From Candidatus Thorarchaeota archaeon (GTDB taxonomy: Archaea; Asgardarchaeota; Thorarchaeia; Thorarchaeales; Thorarchaeaceae), in contig JBHIAE010000073.1 in NCBI GenBank assembly GCA_046758445.1, positions 1 through 12,494 of the forward strand: a stretch of 12,494 nt of DNA. Direction: 5' to 3'. Both the position numbers and the translations under genes were made by a program. Under the pieces are notes generated by a model. It searched no databases. It saw nothing but the letters and a program-made list of their open reading frames with translations, and had not been told where the DNA came from. Positions 7,901 through 12,494 of the stretch are shown here, one piece after another; position 1 is the stretch's first letter; the number at the start of each line of letters is the position of its first letter.

Positions 7901-8259
7901 CCAACACTCAGAGGGCGAAGGAACAGACACAACAGTCCGGTCAGTGCTCAAGTCGCGTACTGTCCAACATGGCTATGTGTTGCCATGGAGTATAGCTCTG
8001 AGTCCGAGTATGCAAAGTCCTGCCCATTCCCAATAAGCAAACCCTGTTGGACAGACCCATCGCCTGCAGCCTCTCGATGTTGGTATGGAGGTCGCACCAA
8101 TCCACCCCAAGTAGTCCTCACAACAGCCGACGCGTGTCGACCCTGGCCCTTCATATGAGGGTCTAGTGTTCCTCTTCCTCGGACTACCACCTGTGCACGC
8201 AAGACCTTAAGAGGAGGGAACGCAGAAGGGCGGACTAACGCTTAGAAGGGGTGCACTAG

Positions 8260-8538
8260 ATGACAGACACACTCGAAGTCAGCGATGACGCTATCATATC
8301 TCAGATTGGGAAGGCACTCTCAAGCCCCACTCGGTTGAAGATCCTACAGCTGCTTCTCAAGGAGGAGCTTAATGTGACGGCTGTCGCCCGGGCACTCAGA
8401 ATGACAGACGCCAACGCCAGCGCTCAGGTCAAGATACTCCTTGACTCGGGTCTTCTGGAGTGTCGCTATGAGCCTGGAATGCATGGCCTCAAGAAGCTGT
8501 GTCGCGCCTCAGTCAACCGAATAGACGTCCACCTCTGA
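8260..8538 (+). CDS. ArsR/SmtB-family HTH transcriptional regulator
   Basis: KALSSPTRLKILQLL...NVTAVARAL...ASAQVKILLDSGLL. SD-like GGGGTG upstream. Confidence 0.88.
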   Translation: MTDTLEVSDDAIISQIGKALSSPTRLKILQLLLKEELNVTAVARALRMTDANASAQVKILLDSGLLECRYEPGMHGLKKLCRASVNRIDVHL

Positions 8539-8764
8539 CCACGAGTTTCGTTTCCGGAAGAAACCAAGTGTCAGAAAGAGGCCCTGGGTTCTTCTTGTCC
8601 ATCCAATAGGTGATAAGCTCACAGACCAAGTACAACGTAGACTCCTCACTTCACAACTGAGGTGTCCACGCCTCAGTGGAGGCGTCCTGACAGGGATACA
8701 GGATGACAACGGTGGCGCACTATTGACTTCTTGCGATGAATATTGCGAGTGAGAGATTTCACAG

Positions 8765-9466
8765 ATGATTCGAAGACTTGAGGCCATAACATTTGACGAT
8801 TTCCTTACGCTGCGGTATTCGACTGGTGAGGAAGAGGATATCATCTTTCCAATTCTGCGTTCATTGAAGCAGCAGAATCTTGATATCGATGATGAAGGAT
8901 TTCTGGATCAGTACTTCGAGTTAGACAGCCAATACCGGGAACGGCTGAAGCAGACTCTGCGGGAGTCTACTCTTGATGAGGTTGTTCTCAGCACATTGGT
9001 GGCCTGTGGTCACAACCGAGAAGGGATGAGTGGCATTGTGAGAAATGCTGTCGAGTGTGGACTTGAAACGAGGAGGACCAAATGGTTTTCTGATGCTAAG
9101 CCAACACTTGCCACTCTTCGAGAGAGAGGGTTCAAGCTAGGAGTAATATCGAATACGCACTGGGGGTGGCTACCGAAAGTTAGGAGAGAGTTTGAACGGT
9201 CTGTTGATGTGGTAATCTTGTCTTGTGAACATGGGTTTGCCAAACCGCATCCATCAATCTTCACCACGACACTCAACCAGTTGGAAGTAAGACCGGACCA
9301 CGCCCTGCATGTGGGTGATGATTATATTGCTGACATTGAAGGAGCTCGGGGCGTAGGAATGAGAACTGCGTTTGTTAGAAGAGCTGAAAGAAGAGTGAAT
9401 GCGGACTTTGACATTCGACAGTTAAGGGAGTTGGCACGACTCATATCATGCCGGATGAAACACTAA
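8765..9466 (+). CDS. HAD-superfamily hydrolase (subfamily IA)
   Basis: Motif I TFDDFLTL, II ISNT, III KP, IV HVGDDYIADIEGA. Confidence 0.9.
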   Translation: MIRRLEAITFDDFLTLRYSTGEEEDIIFPILRSLKQQNLDIDDEGFLDQYFELDSQYRERLKQTLRESTLDEVVLSTLVACGHNREGMSGIVRNAVECGLETRRTKWFSDAKPTLATLRERGFKLGVISNTHWGWLPKVRREFERSVDVVILSCEHGFAKPHPSIFTTTLNQLEVRPDHALHVGDDYIADIEGARGVGMRTAFVRRAERRVNADFDIRQLRELARLISCRMKH

Positions 9467-9606
9467 AGCTCATAATGGCAATATTACCTTCTATCGATTA
9501 CTGGTTCGGAGGGGATGCGACCGTCGTTTCCAGAGATGCTTACTCAGATGACAGCATTGAGATTGAGTGCGAAGAATGATGAGGAATATTGACACGTGGC
9601 ATGGGC

Positions 9607-9687
9607 GGCGAGCACGCAGGAAGTCGCGGTAGGAGGGAAATCTCGTAACTGAGGGCATGTGACGGAAAACATATCCACATACTCGCC
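9607..9687 (-). ncRNA. Candidate structured ncRNA, copy 1 (unknown family)
   Basis: The minus strand reads GGCGAGUAUGUGG...CUGCGUGCUCGCC, giving a ~13-bp terminal stem that needs G-U pairs (C-A mismatches on +). Homologous to 11631-11713. Confidence 0.6.
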
Positions 9688-9915
9688 AGGATGTACTTTC
9701 ATGCTCTGACTCACGTAGCTATTGGCTGGGAACTTAAGCAGCCGTATAAATGAATGCACGGTCTGGGTCGCCCTCAAGATTGATAAGGAGCCTAGTTCGA
9801 ATCTCATCCGAGGGTTGTGTTTGCCAATGGCTCCTTCACTTCGGCCTTTTCTTGCCCCACTTCTTGACAGAGGGTCTTCTGGATTGCATATGACCCGGAT
9901 TGCTTACAGCGTGAT

Positions 9916-11241
9916 TTGAGGAAGATTCTGATGTCATCTGGAAGGATCCTTGTTTCAGGATTGATGTTGATTCTGGTGGTAGCTCTGGTCGGTCCCGCCA
10001 AATCCATTAGTGCTGTCGTAAGCTCATACGACTACGTTGTTGGGGAGTTGGTGGAGCCTTTGCACAATGGCACATCCATAACTGACCAGGATGTCCAGTG
10101 CAAAGACATGGCTATTGCAGAAGACGGCTCTGCTTACATCCTAGGTACGACTGATCCCTATGTTGGTGGAGGATATGCTCCGGATGTCGTTCTTACTAAG
10201 TGGAACTCTAATGCGGAATTGGTCTGGACAAAAGTATGGGACAATGGCTTTGGTGCAGAGGGTTTCGCCTTGGCAACAAGTGGCGACTTTGTTTATGTAG
10301 CTGGGAGATACTTCGATGAATCCAGCGCGAGGATGTTACTCATGAAGTGGGGTGCGGACGGTAGCCTAGTTTGGACCCATTATGGGTTTGACGACGAGAA
10401 GGGCTACTTGTTGAGTGATGTGGCAGTCGCGCCTGACGGTTCTGTCTTTGTTGTGGGGGCTGGCGACTTCCATGACCCAGGTCTCGATACCGCTTACCTG
10501 CTTAGGTACAGTTCTTCAGGCAGTATGCTGTGGTATAGGGAGCTTGGAGATGTTTCACTTCGAATGGGCCTTGTTACAGTTACTGGCACAAGTGAGGTCT
10601 ACACTTACTTCCAGAGAGAGGTCGTCAAATGGACACCATCAGGGGATAGAGTTCATAACTTCACCACTACTTGCATCTTTGTTGACGGAAGCCCGACGGG
10701 AGCACTGTATACGGCTACGACAGGGTCCAACGCAGATCCATTCATTCTTGCACGTTGGAACTCAACGAGCGCGCAAGACTGGAGCAGGACTATGCACGTT
10801 GATTGGCACAACAGCATGTATCCACTTCACATGGTTGGAGCCCTTGATGCAGTCCCTGACGATGCCACGTATATTCTATTCTCACTTATCGAGGTTTGGC
10901 CCGACCTGGTTCTGGCCAGGTATGACCCCAGTGGTCTCCAGGCATGGAACAGGTCCATCTCATATCCATTTCCGCAATTGGGCATTAAGCAGATGGAAGT
11001 GTCATCGACAGGTGTAGTCTACGTCGCTGGGACCAACTACAACCAGGAGGAGGAAGACTCAGTCATGGGACTTGGGCTCTCAATCTACAAAGTAGAAGAT
11101 CTTACACCAATCCCAATCACAATCCCACCTCCCGGGGACCGTCAGATTCCAGTTCTTGCCATTGGCATTGCCGGTATTGGAGTAGTAGCCGTGGTGGGGG
11201 CGTACATAGTCATAGGAAAGAGAAGACACAGCACTTCCTAA
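9916..11241 (+). CDS. Secreted beta-propeller surface protein with C-terminal TM anchor
   Basis: Signal peptide, repeated blades (DMAIAEDGSAYILG / DVAVAPDGSVFVVG / L.KW...G.LVW), a Pro/Thr linker, a C-terminal TM helix and a KRRH tail. Confidence 0.85.
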   Translation: MRKILMSSGRILVSGLMLILVVALVGPAKSISAVVSSYDYVVGELVEPLHNGTSITDQDVQCKDMAIAEDGSAYILGTTDPYVGGGYAPDVVLTKWNSNAELVWTKVWDNGFGAEGFALATSGDFVYVAGRYFDESSARMLLMKWGADGSLVWTHYGFDDEKGYLLSDVAVAPDGSVFVVGAGDFHDPGLDTAYLLRYSSSGSMLWYRELGDVSLRMGLVTVTGTSEVYTYFQREVVKWTPSGDRVHNFTTTCIFVDGSPTGALYTATTGSNADPFILARWNSTSAQDWSRTMHVDWHNSMYPLHMVGALDAVPDDATYILFSLIEVWPDLVLARYDPSGLQAWNRSISYPFPQLGIKQMEVSSTGVVYVAGTNYNQEEEDSVMGLGLSIYKVEDLTPIPITIPPPGDRQIPVLAIGIAGIGVVAVVGAYIVIGKRRHSTS

Positions 11242-11386
11242 GTTTAGGATATTCCGAGAAGGAAAGCCGCCACATAGAAGAGGAAAGATCTGTGTCCGCA
11301 CGTTTCGTATCTAGCGATAGGTAGATACACTAGAATGATTCGAGGAACCGGTGTGGGCTTGAAGGTACGTGAGGATGGGATTTGAT

Positions 11387-11572
11387 ATGAGCGATGTTGA
11401 GGAGCCAAAAAAGAGTAACAGGACTGTCTACAATGCCTCCGTCTGTCTTATGGCGTTCAGCGCGTTCCTGACATGGTGAGGCTCGCGCACAGACTACATA
11501 TTGATGCTCGTGTGACTTGCCTTGTTCATATCGTTCTTCGCTCTGACGATGATGAACAGGCCCAAGAAATGA
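11387..11572 (+). pseudogene. Two-TM micro-protein ORF interrupted by two in-frame TGA codons (pseudogene or recoded)
   Basis: MSDVEEPKKSNRTVYNASVCLMAFSAFLTW*GSRTDYILMLV*LALFISFFALTMMNRPKK*, with TGA at 11477, 11513 and 11570. TATA-like CTTGAA at 11358-11363. Confidence 0.55.
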
Positions 11573-11630
11573 TGGTCGACAGAGAATGTGTGCTGTGGTC
11601 TTCGTATACCTTGGACTATCGACCATAGGT

Positions 11631-11713
11631 GGCGAGCACACGGGAAATCGTGGTAGGAGGGGGGAGTTTCGTAATTGAGGGCATGTAACGAAAAACTAGC
11701 CCGCATGCTCGCC
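11631..11713 (-). ncRNA. Candidate structured ncRNA, copy 2 (unknown family)
   Basis: The minus strand forms a 14-bp stem GGCGAGCAUGCGGG/CCCGUGUGCUCGCC (2 G-U), an inner helix UUUCGU/ACGAAA, and loops AUGCCCUCA and CCCCCCUCCUACC. Confidence 0.65.
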
Positions 11714-11864
11714 ATAGATGGCACGCGTACCCTCACTCAAGTATCTATCTGTCAGTACTTCCATTCGTCTGTCTTCTCTTCCTCTTCTTCTGCTAAGGAA
11801 GGTCTTCATGACGCTTAATTCTCAATCTCCACAAAGTGTCATGATTAGGATGACGCATTAGTAC

Positions 11865-12491
11865 TCAGAAAATCTGGATGTTGGACACAATCCACATCAT
11901 GAGAATCACGAGAGCACCTGCTGTTACAGTCTTCAGCCCGTAGATGATGACATTGGTCCTTGAAACTCTCCCAAGGAATACTCCGAGGGCAAATAGAACG
12001 AAAAGACCAACTGAAATCGAGAGGTAGAAAGAGAACTCAATCGGAAGAGTTGTGAATAGTGGGAGAAATAGGGGTACGACAGTTGCAAGAGCAGCCATAG
12101 ATGGGGAAAGTCCGTTGATCAAGGAAACTACCATGGTAGTCGTTCTTGCAGCCCGAGAGATTCCGCTTTTCTTGAGGTCAGTAAGCATCGAGTGTTCAAG
12201 CTCCTTGATCTCACGCTCTCTCTCCGCTGTTTCAGTGAGATATGAAGATGTTATTCCAGATATGAGCATTGCAAAGCTTGTTCCAAGAATGGCCAGTAGA
12301 GTTGTTTGATAGACAAAAACCGGGTTCTGATACGCAAGAGCAATCACACCACCCATGAGAATACCAATGACTGGAAGCACACCATCGAACGCATTCATTG
12401 CGAAGTATCGACGGGCAATCTCCTCGCCATGGGCGACTTTGAGTTGTATTCGAATTCTGTCAAGAAAGCTACATTCTTCGTTGAGTCCCAT
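11865..12491 (-). CDS. VIT1/CCC1-family Fe/Mn transporter (archaeal type)
   Basis: IARRYFAMNAFDGVL, AMLISG...YLTETAERERE...LEHSML and five TM segments. The start is at the window edge, so the gene could extend further. Confidence 0.88.
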   Translation of the reverse strand: MGLNEECSFLDRIRIQLKVAHGEEIARRYFAMNAFDGVLPVIGILMGGVIALAYQNPVFVYQTTLLAILGTSFAMLISGITSSYLTETAEREREIKELEHSMLTDLKKSGISRAARTTTMVVSLINGLSPSMAALATVVPLFLPLFTTLPIEFSFYLSISVGLFVLFALGVFLGRVSRTNVIIYGLKTVTAGALVILMMWIVSNIQIF

Positions 12492-12494
12492 TGG

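Noticed and set aside
7948-8202. 84-aa minus-strand ORF in the spacer
   Set aside because: TTG start, no SD and no motif, so it cannot be supported.
9576-9652. Box C (AUGAUGA) and box D (CUGA) as a C/D sRNA
   Set aside because: The span is long for an archaeal sRNA, there is no properly placed D'/C' pair, and the boxes are not conserved in copy 2.
9791-9807. GTTCGAATC T-loop motif suggesting a tRNA
   Set aside because: The flanks CCTAG/CTCAT do not form a T-stem, and there is no acceptor or anticodon arm.
11569-11616. AUGA-N12-AA pattern as a eukaryote-like SECIS for the TGA-containing ORF
   Set aside because: No GA lies opposite the AUGA at the base of a plausible helix II, and the best stem here favours the opposite strand.
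11631-11713. Repeat element interpreted as tRNA, attC site, CRISPR repeat or SECIS
   Set aside because: There are no D/T-loop consensus bases, no RYYYAAC/GTTRRRY boxes and no tandem GA quartet, and there are only two long copies 2 kb apart.
11330-11736. Minus-strand ORFs 11330-11641 and 11494-11736 (and 9544-9807)
   Set aside because: No recognisable domains. The frames are not conserved between the two element copies (2-nt indel), and the + strand micro-ORF looks more protein-like.
473-12309. Shadow ORFs overlapping the called genes (e.g. 498-950, 4006-4461, 8509-8844, 10415-11017, 12052-12309)
   Set aside because: These are antisense or alternate-frame by-products of well-supported genes.

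Overview
Archaeal genomic DNA. Evidence: TATA-like CTTAWA boxes, GGAGGT Shine-Dalgarno (SD) sites, an archaeal-type VIT1 gene, and C-terminally anchored beta-propeller and GOLD-like surface proteins. An Asgard/Thorarchaeota-like origin is my inference, not verified. Gene order: 5'-truncated cysS; small membrane protein; LarA-family Ni-pincer racemase/epimerase (-); then a divergent five-gene feo operon under a DtxR-type palindrome (feoA with a basic insertion, feoB split into a His-rich GTPase gene and a separate membrane gene, an unknown 4-TM gene, feoC). After these come a tandem SnoaL protein, a GOLD-like surface protein, an ArsR-type HTH regulator, a HAD hydrolase, a beta-propeller surface protein and a VIT1/CCC1 transporter (-). 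The main signal the ORF track misses is a pair of diverged intergenic copies (9607-9687 and 11631-11713, about 78% identical by hand alignment) of an 81-83 nt element. It folds with G-U pairs on the minus strand, has C-rich loops and carries an identically spaced upstream promoter-like motif, so it is a candidate undescribed ncRNA family. Copy 2 is convergent with a hidden 2-TM micro-ORF interrupted by two in-frame TGA codons.
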